Positions 19,198 through 27,236 of a stretch of 64,000 nt of DNA are shown in pieces. The stretch's first letter is position 1, and each line of letters starts with the position of its first letter. The DNA is taken from NCBI GenBank assembly GCA_040902845.1, contig JBBDWM010000034.1, forward strand, positions 213,642 to 277,641, in the 5' to 3' direction. This DNA is from Acidimicrobiia bacterium (GTDB lineage Bacteria > Actinomycetota > Acidimicrobiia > Spongiisociales > ZC4RG35). A program made the position numbers and the translations under genes. A model generated the notes under the pieces. That model made no database searches, had not been told where the DNA came from, and saw nothing but the letters and a program-made list of their open reading frames with translations.

Positions 19198-20121
19198 TTG
19201 AGCGGACCGGTTCAACCGCTCGACGCCACGGTCGAGCAGGGGCCACTCGCTCACATCGAGGTCAGAGAAGGGCGGTCGGCCACCGTGGGCGCCACCGCGG
19301 TCACCAGGATCCTTCCCACCAAGGGTCGGCGGACCGTTGGTCCCTGGTGCTTCGTGGATCTGATCCTTCCCCCGGACTTTGAGGATCCGCATCCACTGGA
19401 GATCGGCCCCCACCCTCACACCGGGCTCGCCACTGTCACCTGGTTGTTGGAGGGGTCGGCCCTGCACAGTGACTCGCTCGGGACCGAGCAGCCGATCCAC
19501 CCCGGTCAACTCAATCTCATGACCGCGGGTCGCGGCATCGCCCACGCCGAGCTCGGCACCACCACCGGCATCCATGGGGTACAGATGTGGCTGGCCCAGC
19601 CCGAGGAGACCCGGCACGGGCCCTCCAGGTTCCAGCATGTCCCTGATTTGCCGGTCGCCGGGTTTGCGACGGCCGAGGCGACGGTGATGGTCGGCTCCCT
19701 CGACGGTGTCGAGTCACCGGCGGAGGTCGACACCAGGATGGTGGGCGCGGACATCAGGGCCCGGCGCGGCAGTCTCGAGATCCCGGCCCAAACTGGCTAC
19801 GAATACGCGGTGGTTCCCATCGATCGCTCGCTGAGGGTGGGCGACGACATCGTCGAGCCGGGATGGCTCGCCCTGGTGCCGTCCGGCGCAGATGTGGTGC
19901 CGATCGAGATCACGGTGGATGTCGCGAGGTTTCTGTTTCTCGGGGGCCAGCCACTGGGCGAGCCGATCGAGATGTGGTGGAATTTCGTAGCCAGGTCCAA
20001 AGAAGAGATCACCGCGGCCTGGCAGGCCTGGCAGGCCCACGACGAGGATTGGTTCGGCCCGGTGCCTTCGACCCTCTCCCGAATCGACGCCCCAATGCCG
20101 CCATGGCTCCCGGCGCGCTGA
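19198..20121 (+). CDS. Pirin family protein
   Basis: Cupin His cluster ...GPHPHTGLATVTWLLEG...H.D. 307 aa two-cupin length. TTG start is preceded by GGAGGAGG. Confidence 0.85.
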   Translation: MSGPVQPLDATVEQGPLAHIEVREGRSATVGATAVTRILPTKGRRTVGPWCFVDLILPPDFEDPHPLEIGPHPHTGLATVTWLLEGSALHSDSLGTEQPIHPGQLNLMTAGRGIAHAELGTTTGIHGVQMWLAQPEETRHGPSRFQHVPDLPVAGFATAEATVMVGSLDGVESPAEVDTRMVGADIRARRGSLEIPAQTGYEYAVVPIDRSLRVGDDIVEPGWLALVPSGADVVPIEITVDVARFLFLGGQPLGEPIEMWWNFVARSKEEITAAWQAWQAHDEDWFGPVPSTLSRIDAPMPPWLPAR

Positions 20122-20699
20122 TCACGAAACCTGTTGTGGGATTCACCAGGGAACAACTGAAGGCCTTCGACGGGAAGACCGTTCCCGACCTTCTCGGCCG
20201 CGACGTCAGCCTCATCTTCGTGGGCATCAATCCTGGGCTGTGGACCGCCGCCACCCAGACCCATTTCTGTCACCCGTCCAACCGCTTCTACCCGGCCCTT
20301 CGCAAGGCGGGTCTCATCGACCTTGACCTCGATACCGACCTGGGGATGACCGACGCTCAACGAGCCGGGTTCCTCGCTCGGGGGATGGGCATCACCAACC
20401 TGGTGTCGCGGGCCACCGCTCGCGCCTCGGAAATCGCCGCCGAGGAGCTTCGCCAGGGTGGCGAGCGCCTTCTGGCGACCGTGGCCACACTGAAACCGGC
20501 CGTGGTGGCCATCGCCGGCGTGACCGCCTATCGCACCGCGTTCGGCCGACCCGATGCTGCCATGGGCCGACACGAGCCCGATATCTCGGGGGCGCAGATG
20601 TGGGTGATTCCCAATCCCTCCGGCCTAAACGCTCATGAGACGGTTGATTCACTTGCCCGCTGGTTCGCCGAGGTGGGCGAGGTGGCTGGTCTCCTGTGA
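20103..20699 (+). CDS. mug: G/U mismatch-specific uracil-DNA glycosylase (Mug family)
   Basis: LIFVGINPGLWTAATQTHFCHPSNRFYPAL and NPSGLNAH motifs. Start is internal to track ORF 19863; exact start uncertain. Confidence 0.85.
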   Translation: MAPGALITKPVVGFTREQLKAFDGKTVPDLLGRDVSLIFVGINPGLWTAATQTHFCHPSNRFYPALRKAGLIDLDLDTDLGMTDAQRAGFLARGMGITNLVSRATARASEIAAEELRQGGERLLATVATLKPAVVAIAGVTAYRTAFGRPDAAMGRHEPDISGAQMWVIPNPSGLNAHETVDSLARWFAEVGEVAGLL

Positions 20700-20953
20700 G
20701 CGAGCCCACCCCGCGTCAGGTCCTCTACGCCATGGTGGCGGGTGGCTTCTTTGTCGTGGTCCTGACGTTGACCGTGGGCGCAGGCATCACCGGCGTAGTT
20801 CCGAGCTCATGGACATTCACCATGGCCGTCCTCTGGCTGATTCTGGCCGTTTGGGCGGTCCTCAACTGGAGACAAACCGTCCCTGTCTTGCTCTTGGCGA
20901 TTGGGCTATTCGTGTTCTGGGCCCTGGCGACGGTGCTGATAGCCAATTCCTGA
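20696..20953 (+). CDS. Small hydrophobic membrane protein (3 predicted TM), unknown function
   Basis: 85 aa. GTG overlaps the mug stop (GTGA at 20696-20699). Three long hydrophobic stretches. No family recognised. Confidence 0.5.
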   Translation: MSEPTPRQVLYAMVAGGFFVVVLTLTVGAGITGVVPSSWTFTMAVLWLILAVWAVLNWRQTVPVLLLAIGLFVFWALATVLIANS

Positions 20954-21024
20954 CGGCGGACCCCTTCTCTGGCGTGAAAGGGAAGGTCTGGTCATGGGGA
21001 CCCTGTCGTTTAGCATCACTGTGC

Positions 21025-21867
21025 GTGACGAGTGAGGTATCTGCTCAGGAGTCAACGGCAACGGAGACGATCAAGAGGATCGGCCCTCCGCTGGTCGTTG
21101 CGTCCATTCTCGGCTCGACGATGGGGATCGTCATCGCCCAGTTCCTCGACGACCTCGGTGACGCCCTCCTGGCGATGATCCTCGGTGGCGACGCCGTGGT
21201 CTACAACAACCGGGTCGAGATCAGCGGAGTCAGCGACTTCGCCTGGGCGGGCGGGTTCTTCCTTTGCCTGATCATTGGCTTCCTGGTCCTCTTCTCATAC
21301 CCGACCGCCCGTGGCCACGGGACAGCGCGGCTCGCACTGCTCTGGATCTTGATGCACGTCCTTCGTCAGGCGTTCGGACAAGCCATCCTTCTCCCGTTCG
21401 ACACCGATGGGCAACTGGCGAAGGCCTTCGCCACTCTCGATGCCCCAGCCGGTCTGGACGTGGTCATCGCAGCCGGTGGCGGGGTCGGGCTTCTTCTCAT
21501 CGTCCTGTCGGCGGCGTCTGCGTTTCTTGCCTTCACACCCCATCATCGGTTGATCACCACCGGGCGGAAGCGGTTCACATTCGCGCTATGGATCGCGCTG
21601 GTGCCGGCAGTGGTCTCGGTGTTCCTCGCCATCCCCTTCTTCACCCCTGACGCCGGGAGCGGGGTGATCCCGTCTTTGCCGCTGTCAGCCGTGATCTTCC
21701 TTGCAACCGTGGCTGCAGCCCCGGGGACCACCACAGTGCAGGGCCCGGAAGACCCGCAGACGACGGACTGGCCCTGGGGAATGGGAGCCACCCTGTTCGT
21801 CATGCTCCTCTTCGAGATCTTCGTTCTCCGGGGCGGGGTGTCTGTCGACCCCACCCAGTGGGGGTAG
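21025..21867 (+). CDS. Polytopic membrane protein, unknown function
   Basis: Hydrophobic helices run throughout the C-terminal ~280 aa of track ORF 20635-21867. The N-terminal part of that ORF overlaps two other genes, so the first plausible in-frame GTG (21025) was taken. Start uncertain. Confidence 0.5.
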   Translation: MTSEVSAQESTATETIKRIGPPLVVASILGSTMGIVIAQFLDDLGDALLAMILGGDAVVYNNRVEISGVSDFAWAGGFFLCLIIGFLVLFSYPTARGHGTARLALLWILMHVLRQAFGQAILLPFDTDGQLAKAFATLDAPAGLDVVIAAGGGVGLLLIVLSAASAFLAFTPHHRLITTGRKRFTFALWIALVPAVVSVFLAIPFFTPDAGSGVIPSLPLSAVIFLATVAAAPGTTTVQGPEDPQTTDWPWGMGATLFVMLLFEIFVLRGGVSVDPTQWG

Positions 21868-22343
21868 CGGCTCGCATCGCGGTCGTGATCACCGTCAGTG
21901 ACGGCGTCAGTTCGGGCGCCCGGGAGGATAAATCTGGTGAGGCCCTGCAGGCCCTCCTCTCCCAGGCCGGTTTCGAGGTCCGAAGAGCAGTCGTGCCCGA
22001 TGAGCTCCCTGAGATCGTGGCGGCCATCCGGCAATCGGCGGCTGAGGCCAATCTGATCATCACCACCGGTGGCACCGGTTTCGGCCCTCGAGACGTTACC
22101 CCCGAGGCGACCGACCAGGTCCTGGAGCGCGAAGCGCCGGGTTTGACTCACATGATGCTCAACCGCGGGCTGGAATCCACGGCCATGGCAGGGCTGTCAC
22201 GGGCCAGGGCAGGCGCGATCGGGGACACTCTGGTGATCAACGTGCCCGGCTCGACAAGGGGCGCCGTCGAGGGGCTTGAAGCGGTGCTCGAAGTCATCCC
22301 TCACGCCCTCGATCTGTTGTCGGGGGACACCGAGCACCGATGA
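21858..22343 (+). CDS. MogA/MoaB-family molybdenum cofactor biosynthesis protein
   Basis: ARIAVVITVSDG...REDKSG and ITTGGTGFGPRDVTPEAT motifs. Confidence 0.85.
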   Translation: MGVAARIAVVITVSDGVSSGAREDKSGEALQALLSQAGFEVRRAVVPDELPEIVAAIRQSAAEANLIITTGGTGFGPRDVTPEATDQVLEREAPGLTHMMLNRGLESTAMAGLSRARAGAIGDTLVINVPGSTRGAVEGLEAVLEVIPHALDLLSGDTEHR

Positions 22344-22404
22344 CGCAGGGGACCGGCGATCCACTACCGTTTGGGCGCTTCTTCGACCACCTCGCAGGAG
22401 GATC

Positions 22405-22962
22405 ATGAACATCAAGCAGGAATTCGTGGTGGCGCGTCCCACCAACGTCGTCTGGGAATTCTTCCAGGATGTGCCTGACGTGGCGCAGTGCCTTCCCGGA
22501 GCCAATCTCACCGGCCAGGGCGAGGACGGCTCGTACGAAGGCAGTCTCTCGGTGAAGCTGGGGCCGATGGCGGCCGCCTTCGAGGGCAATTGCGTTGTCG
22601 TGCCCGACCATGCCTCCCTATCCGCGACCATCGAAGGCAAGGGCGTCGACAAAAAGGGTGGTTCCCGTGGCCAGGTGAAAGTGGTCTACACCATCACGGC
22701 CGAGGGGACCGGTTGCAAAGTCCTGGTCGATGCTGACATGACTCTTTCGGGCCCCGCCGCACAATTCGGGCGCACCGGTCTAATCAACGAGATGTCGAAG
22801 CGGCTGATCGTCGAATTCGTCGCTTGCCTCGAGGCGAAGCTGGCGGCGACAACCGAAGAGGAGGCGGAATCGATACGGGCCGGTGAGGTGCGGGGGATCT
22901 CACTCTTCTTTGCGTCACTCTGGAGTTGGTTCAAGCGTCTGTTCAGCAAAGGCGAGGAATGA
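22405..22962 (+). CDS. CoxG-like SRPBCC protein with C-terminal amphipathic tail
   Basis: ATG 22405 (MNIKQEFVVARPTNVVWEFFQDVPDVAQCLPGA...), the CoxG family N-terminus. Stop overlaps the next start (ATGA at 22959-22962). Confidence 0.8.
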   Translation: MNIKQEFVVARPTNVVWEFFQDVPDVAQCLPGANLTGQGEDGSYEGSLSVKLGPMAAAFEGNCVVVPDHASLSATIEGKGVDKKGGSRGQVKVVYTITAEGTGCKVLVDADMTLSGPAAQFGRTGLINEMSKRLIVEFVACLEAKLAATTEEEAESIRAGEVRGISLFFASLWSWFKRLFSKGEE

Positions 22963-23342
22963 CCCGTCGGTTGGGGGCCGTGACCCTCTTCGGCGCGCTG
23001 ATCCTGGCCGCCTGTGGCGGTGCCAACGCAACAACGGTCATCGAGGGAGAGGATGTGACCGTGCGGATGTTTGACAACCGCTACGAGTACAACGAGATTC
23101 ACATCCCCCCTGGTGGCTCGGTCAACTTCGTGGGTGCGGGCCGGAACCCGCACAACGCGGTTGCATCTGACGAGTCCTGGTCGACCGAGGATGTCTTCGG
23201 CACTCTCGAGCAGCTCGAGGGCGACGAGGCGGCTATCGACTTCGACCAACCTGGCGAGTACGCCTTCTTCTGTACTTTTCACGGCAACGCTGAAGGCTCG
23301 GGGATGGCAGGCAAAGTGATCGTGGAGGCTCCCGAAGGGTGA
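22959..23342 (+). CDS. Small blue-copper (cupredoxin) lipoprotein
   Basis: Lipobox LILAAC. Type-1 Cu ligand pattern H (NPHNAV) ... C-x2-H-x7-M (FFCTFHGNAEGSGM). Stop overlaps the next start (GTGA at 23339-23342). Confidence 0.8.
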   Translation: MTRRLGAVTLFGALILAACGGANATTVIEGEDVTVRMFDNRYEYNEIHIPPGGSVNFVGAGRNPHNAVASDESWSTEDVFGTLEQLEGDEAAIDFDQPGEYAFFCTFHGNAEGSGMAGKVIVEAPEG

Positions 23343-24985
23343 GACGACGTTGGCGGCTTCTGGCGGTTCTCGTCCTGGGCCTCGCCGCCTGTGCCGGTCC
23401 CCCGGTTGGGGATCCTTCACCAGCGGCTCTTGGGGACCCTGCCACCAATTCCCCGTCTGAGTGGTCAGGCGAAACCCGGCTCGTGCCCCAGGACTACCCG
23501 ACGATTCAGGCGGCCGTGGACGCTGCGGACCCGGGTGATCTGGTCCTGATCGATCGGGGGGTTTATCTGGAAGAGGTCGAGGTCTCCACACCGGGGCTCA
23601 CCATCAGGGGGGTCGACCGCAATGAGGTGATCATCGACGGTGAGCTCCAGCGAGCGAACGGGATCGAGGTGTTCTTTGCAGACGGTGTAGCCGTCGAGAA
23701 CCTGACCGTTCGCAACGCCACCGCGAATGGTGTGTTCTGGACTGGGGTGAGGGGCTTTCGGGGGTCGTATCTCACCGCGCTCGACAACGCCGACTACGGG
23801 ATCTACGCCTTCGACTCCAGTGACGGGCTCTTGGAGTTTTCCTATGCCTTCGGCTCACCCGATGCCGGGTTCTACATCGGCCAATGTGACCCGTGTGAGT
23901 CGACCCTCACCGACTCGATCGCGGAGTGGAACGGTTTGGGCTTTTCGGGGACCAACGCCTCAAACGACATTTTTATCGTCAACTCGGTCTTCAGACACAA
24001 CCTCTCCGGGATCGCGCCCAACACCCTCGATAGCGAGCTGTTGCCGCCGTCCCATGGCGTGAATGTCGTTGGGAACCTGGTTCACGACAACGGGAACGTA
24101 GAAGCCCCCGCCAAGGCACTGCAATGGGCCGCGCAGGGGAACGGGATCATGCTCGCCGGTGGCGGCGGGTCCTATGTTGCGCGGAATCGGGTGTTCAACC
24201 ATTCCCAGAGCGGAATCATCCTGCTCCCCATGCTCGACAAGAACTTCTACATGTCATACGACCACCACGTCGAAGGGAACCTCGTGGTGGGCTCCGGCCT
24301 CGCCGACCTGACCCTTGGCGGTCCGGCCGCCTCGGGCAACTGCTTCGAGGACAATGAGTTCATGTCAACGTTGCCGGCGGCGCTCGAGTTCAAGCAACCC
24401 TGTGACGGTCTTCGGTTTCCCGCGTTGTTCGAGCTCGGTTCGAGCACGGCCCAGCTCGGGCGTCTCTTCGAGAGCGGTCGCAATCTTCAACCCGAGTTCG
24501 ACCCAGCGGCTGTGCCCGACCCGGAACTGCAACCCAACATGCCGGGGGGTGCCGACGCCCCGGTGCTCCCAGCCGTCAACGTCTTCGCCGGGTCAGAGCC
24601 CGACCTCGACAGCATTGCGATTCCGGAGCTGCCTCCAGGATCGGAAGTCACACAGAAGAGAGGAATCAACATCATGGGTGTCAGCTTGGCCTCGGCCGCC
24701 GGGGTCTTCTTCGGTCTCTACGCATATGTCCTCCCGCTGGTCCTGTACACCTCGTGGGTGGTCATCGCGATCTGGGATCTCTCGCGACGTGAGGATGTGA
24801 CCCGGGGCAAAGCCATCAGTTGGATGGCAATGATCCTGATCGTCCCCTTCCTCGGGGTGATCGCCTACTACCTGTTCGGCAGGAGCAGCATCCCGGTCTG
24901 GCAGCGCTGGGTCTTCCTGGCGGGTGGCATGGCCGTGTATGCGCTGTTCCTTGGTCTGGGCATGGTGGTGGGCGGCATCGTCTGA
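23339..24985 (+). CDS. NosD-like right-handed beta-helix lipoprotein fused to a C-terminal membrane PLDc_N-type module
   Basis: Lipobox LGLAAC. Repetitive beta-helix segments (NG..., N.T.RN..., NL.GIAP). The C-terminal ~110 aa hold hydrophobic helices and VIAIWDL...WMAMILIVPFLGVIAYYLFGR, which I recognise as the cardiolipin-synthase N-terminal (PLDc_N) motif. Confidence 0.7.
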   Translation: MRRRWRLLAVLVLGLAACAGPPVGDPSPAALGDPATNSPSEWSGETRLVPQDYPTIQAAVDAADPGDLVLIDRGVYLEEVEVSTPGLTIRGVDRNEVIIDGELQRANGIEVFFADGVAVENLTVRNATANGVFWTGVRGFRGSYLTALDNADYGIYAFDSSDGLLEFSYAFGSPDAGFYIGQCDPCESTLTDSIAEWNGLGFSGTNASNDIFIVNSVFRHNLSGIAPNTLDSELLPPSHGVNVVGNLVHDNGNVEAPAKALQWAAQGNGIMLAGGGGSYVARNRVFNHSQSGIILLPMLDKNFYMSYDHHVEGNLVVGSGLADLTLGGPAASGNCFEDNEFMSTLPAALEFKQPCDGLRFPALFELGSSTAQLGRLFESGRNLQPEFDPAAVPDPELQPNMPGGADAPVLPAVNVFAGSEPDLDSIAIPELPPGSEVTQKRGINIMGVSLASAAGVFFGLYAYVLPLVLYTSWVVIAIWDLSRREDVTRGKAISWMAMILIVPFLGVIAYYLFGRSSIPVWQRWVFLAGGMAVYALFLGLGMVVGGIV

Positions 24986-24993
24986 GTCGACTG

Positions 24994-26019
24994 ATGTCCG
25001 AAGGTGTCTCCCGTCGCGAGCTGCTCAAGAAGGTCGGGCTCGGCGGGGCGGTCTTCCTCGGTGGCTCGGTCCTGGGCCGTACCGTCCAGCGTCAGGCCAA
25101 CGCTGCCGAGGCTGTCGAGGAGTACGACCCCGCTGTCGGGCATTCGATGGCCGACGACGGCGGGGGCTCCGGTCTCTACGGTCATCTCCATTCGCCACCC
25201 ACCTCGATAGGCCCAGGCGATCTCGACCATCTCACAATCCCACCCCCACGCGACGGGCAACCGCCTGGTGTGGTGCGCGAGTTGGAGCTTGCGGTTGAGG
25301 ACAGGTTGATCGAGGTGGGTGATGGTGTGTTGTTTCAGGCCTGGACCTACAACGGGACAGTGCCGGCACCGATCATCCGAGCCACCGAAGGCGACAGGTT
25401 GCGGATCCATTTCGAGAACCACACCGGCCACCCTCACAACATCCATTTCCATGGCGCCCACCGCCCCGATCAGGATGGGTGGGAACCGGTGCCCCCCGGT
25501 GGGGAGACGACCTACGAGATCGAGGCTGGGCCGGCCGGGCTCCATCCTTATCACTGTCACACCACCCCGCTCGCCGAGCACATCGGGCGCGGTCTGTACG
25601 GGATGATGATCGTCGACCCCGTGGGGGAGCGGCCACCGGCCATTGAAGTCGCGCTCGTCATTTCGGGCTTCAGCAACGAAGAGCTAGGGGAGAACGGTGT
25701 CGTCGCATGGAATGGGGTCGCCGGCTTCTACGACTCCTACCCGATCAAGGTCCCGGTCGGAGAGCCGGTTCGGGCCTATCTGGTCAACATGGTGGAGCAC
25801 GAGCCGGTCGCCTCGTTTCACCTGCATGCCGAGACCTTCGACGTCTATCCGGCCGGGATGGGGGACGCGCCGACCTTCCGTGATGACACCATCGTCCTCG
25901 GCCAGGCGCAGCGGGCGATGATCGAGTTCACCCTGCCTCATCTCGGGAGATACATGTTCCATCCCCACCAGCATTGGCTCGCCGAACGGGGGGCGATGGG
26001 GTGGTTCGCCGCCGTCTGA
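24994..26019 (+). CDS. Two-cupredoxin-domain copper oxidoreductase, NirK-like (copper nitrite reductase family), Tat-exported
   Basis: ATG 24994. Twin-arginine signal SRRELLKK. HNIHFHGA and YHCHT...H...M (type-1/type-2 Cu ligand blocks), second-domain SFHLHAE and FHPHQH. Aligned to NirK from memory. Confidence 0.75.
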   Translation: MSEGVSRRELLKKVGLGGAVFLGGSVLGRTVQRQANAAEAVEEYDPAVGHSMADDGGGSGLYGHLHSPPTSIGPGDLDHLTIPPPRDGQPPGVVRELELAVEDRLIEVGDGVLFQAWTYNGTVPAPIIRATEGDRLRIHFENHTGHPHNIHFHGAHRPDQDGWEPVPPGGETTYEIEAGPAGLHPYHCHTTPLAEHIGRGLYGMMIVDPVGERPPAIEVALVISGFSNEELGENGVVAWNGVAGFYDSYPIKVPVGEPVRAYLVNMVEHEPVASFHLHAETFDVYPAGMGDAPTFRDDTIVLGQAQRAMIEFTLPHLGRYMFHPHQHWLAERGAMGWFAAV

Positions 26020-26025
26020 TCCTGG

Positions 26026-26379
26026 TCAGATGGCGAGCACCTGCACCACTCCGACCGCTGCGGCAATCAAGGCCAACACGATGTCTCCGATGATGTTGCG
26101 TCGCTCGTCTCCTGCCCGGGCCCGGACGATGCCGGCCCCGATCATGAGCAAAACCAGGCCAAAGGCGGCGGCTGCGGCCAAGGGGCGGTACCAGATGCCC
26201 ACGATGAGCCCGAGCACGGCGGCCATCTCGGGGACGGCGACGAGTCGGTACCGATCAAAGGGGACGCTCAGGGTCTCGGCCATCTGAACTTGCATCGGGT
26301 GACGTCGCAGCAGCATCACCGTGTGCAGCATGTAGATCAGGGCCAACAGGATGGCGAGGACGGTTGCGGCAATCTCCAC
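26026..26379 (-). CDS. DoxX-family small membrane protein
   Basis: 117 aa with four hydrophobic helices. Divergently paired with an HxlR regulator, a common DoxX context. Confidence 0.7.
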   Translation of the reverse strand: MEIAATVLAILLALIYMLHTVMLLRRHPMQVQMAETLSVPFDRYRLVAVPEMAAVLGLIVGIWYRPLAAAAAFGLVLLMIGAGIVRARAGDERRNIIGDIVLALIAAAVGVVQVLAI

Positions 26380-26465
26380 GGAGGCTCCTTCTAGGATGGA
26401 TCAAGTAGCTACGAAAATAGTAGTATGTTCGAGAAACGTATCTGCCGTCACCTAGAGTCGGCGAC
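26380..26465. promoter_or_regulatory. Divergent promoter/operator region between DoxX and HxlR genes
   Basis: Locally AT-rich 86-bp spacer containing the perfect palindrome GTAGCTAC (26405-26412) and a nearby AGTAG repeat (26419-26423). Confidence 0.35.
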
Positions 26466-26810
26466 GTGAACCCGATCTCCTTTGATCACGATGTGGAATG
26501 CGACGAGGGCTTCGCCGAGGTGTTCTCACTCCTCGGCAAGCGTTGGAGCGGGCTGATTCTCGGGATCCTGATGCAACGGCCGGCGAGGTTTGGGGAGATC
26601 GCCAAGGCGATCCCTCCGATCACGGACGGCATGCTCTCGACGCGTCTCGCCGAGTTGGGCAAGGCCGGTCTGATCGAGCGGGAAATCATCGAAGGCCCTC
26701 CGATCGGTGCCCTTTACCGGCTCAGTGCAAGAGGCGAAGCGCTACGGCCGGCCCTGGATGAGCTCGCCAGATGGGGCGAGCAGTTCCTCATGCCGGAAGG
26801 GTCAACCTGA
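26466..26810 (+). CDS. HxlR-family winged-helix transcriptional regulator
   Basis: LLGKRWSGLILGIL...RFGEIAKAIP.ITDGMLSTRLAEL...GLIER...Y.LS..G is the HxlR consensus. Confidence 0.88.
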   Translation: MNPISFDHDVECDEGFAEVFSLLGKRWSGLILGILMQRPARFGEIAKAIPPITDGMLSTRLAELGKAGLIEREIIEGPPIGALYRLSARGEALRPALDELARWGEQFLMPEGST

Positions 26811-26822
26811 AGCCTGAGTCGC

Positions 26823-27236
26823 TCATGGGCCCTCCGACACCCACTCCAGCTCGAGCCTCTCGACCTCACCAGCACGGATCCGGTAGGCGTCAACCTTGCC
26901 GCCGTCAACGATGAGATGGATCCACTCGGGATCCCAGGCCGTCGCCACGTCGGTCACCGAAGGGATGGTCCTGCCGTTGGGATGGGAATGGAAAACCCCT
27001 GAAATCTCCCACCCCTGATTCTCGGCGTGGCGCATGGCCCCGAAATGCTCTCGAGGGTCCACGGTGAAAGTGACTGGTGACGGGTTGGCGTTGGTGAGGG
27101 GATAGGCGAAACGGACGGCTCCTGAGGCATCACTGGCGATGAGTCCGCAACACTCGTCGGGGAGGCTGTTCTCGGCGTGGGCCACGATCGCCAATCGGAT
27201 CGGGTTCCGTACCGCCAGCTGTCCGGCCGATTTCAA
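26823..27236 (-). CDS. MPN/JAMM-domain metalloprotease (Mov34 family)
   Basis: E-x-C-G (PDECCGL) and an exact JAMM motif H-S-H-x7-S-x2-D (HSHPNGRTIPSVTD). TTG start overlaps the aceE stop (TTGA at 27233-27236). Confidence 0.8.
   Translation of the reverse strand: MKSAGQLAVRNPIRLAIVAHAENSLPDECCGLIASDASGAVRFAYPLTNANPSPVTFTVDPREHFGAMRHAENQGWEISGVFHSHPNGRTIPSVTDVATAWDPEWIHLIVDGGKVDAYRIRAGEVERLELEWVSEGP

Noticed and set aside
20635-21024. N-terminal extensions proposed by the longest-ORF track (20635-, 13688-, 18267-, 19863-, 22276-, 24820-, 34371-, 38905..39834, 47823..47939, 48460-, 60811..60939)
   Set aside because: The extensions overlap the preceding gene and are Arg/Pro-rich. They are followed by an internal start that restores the canonical family N-terminus or signal peptide, often exactly at a 4-nt stop/start overlap.
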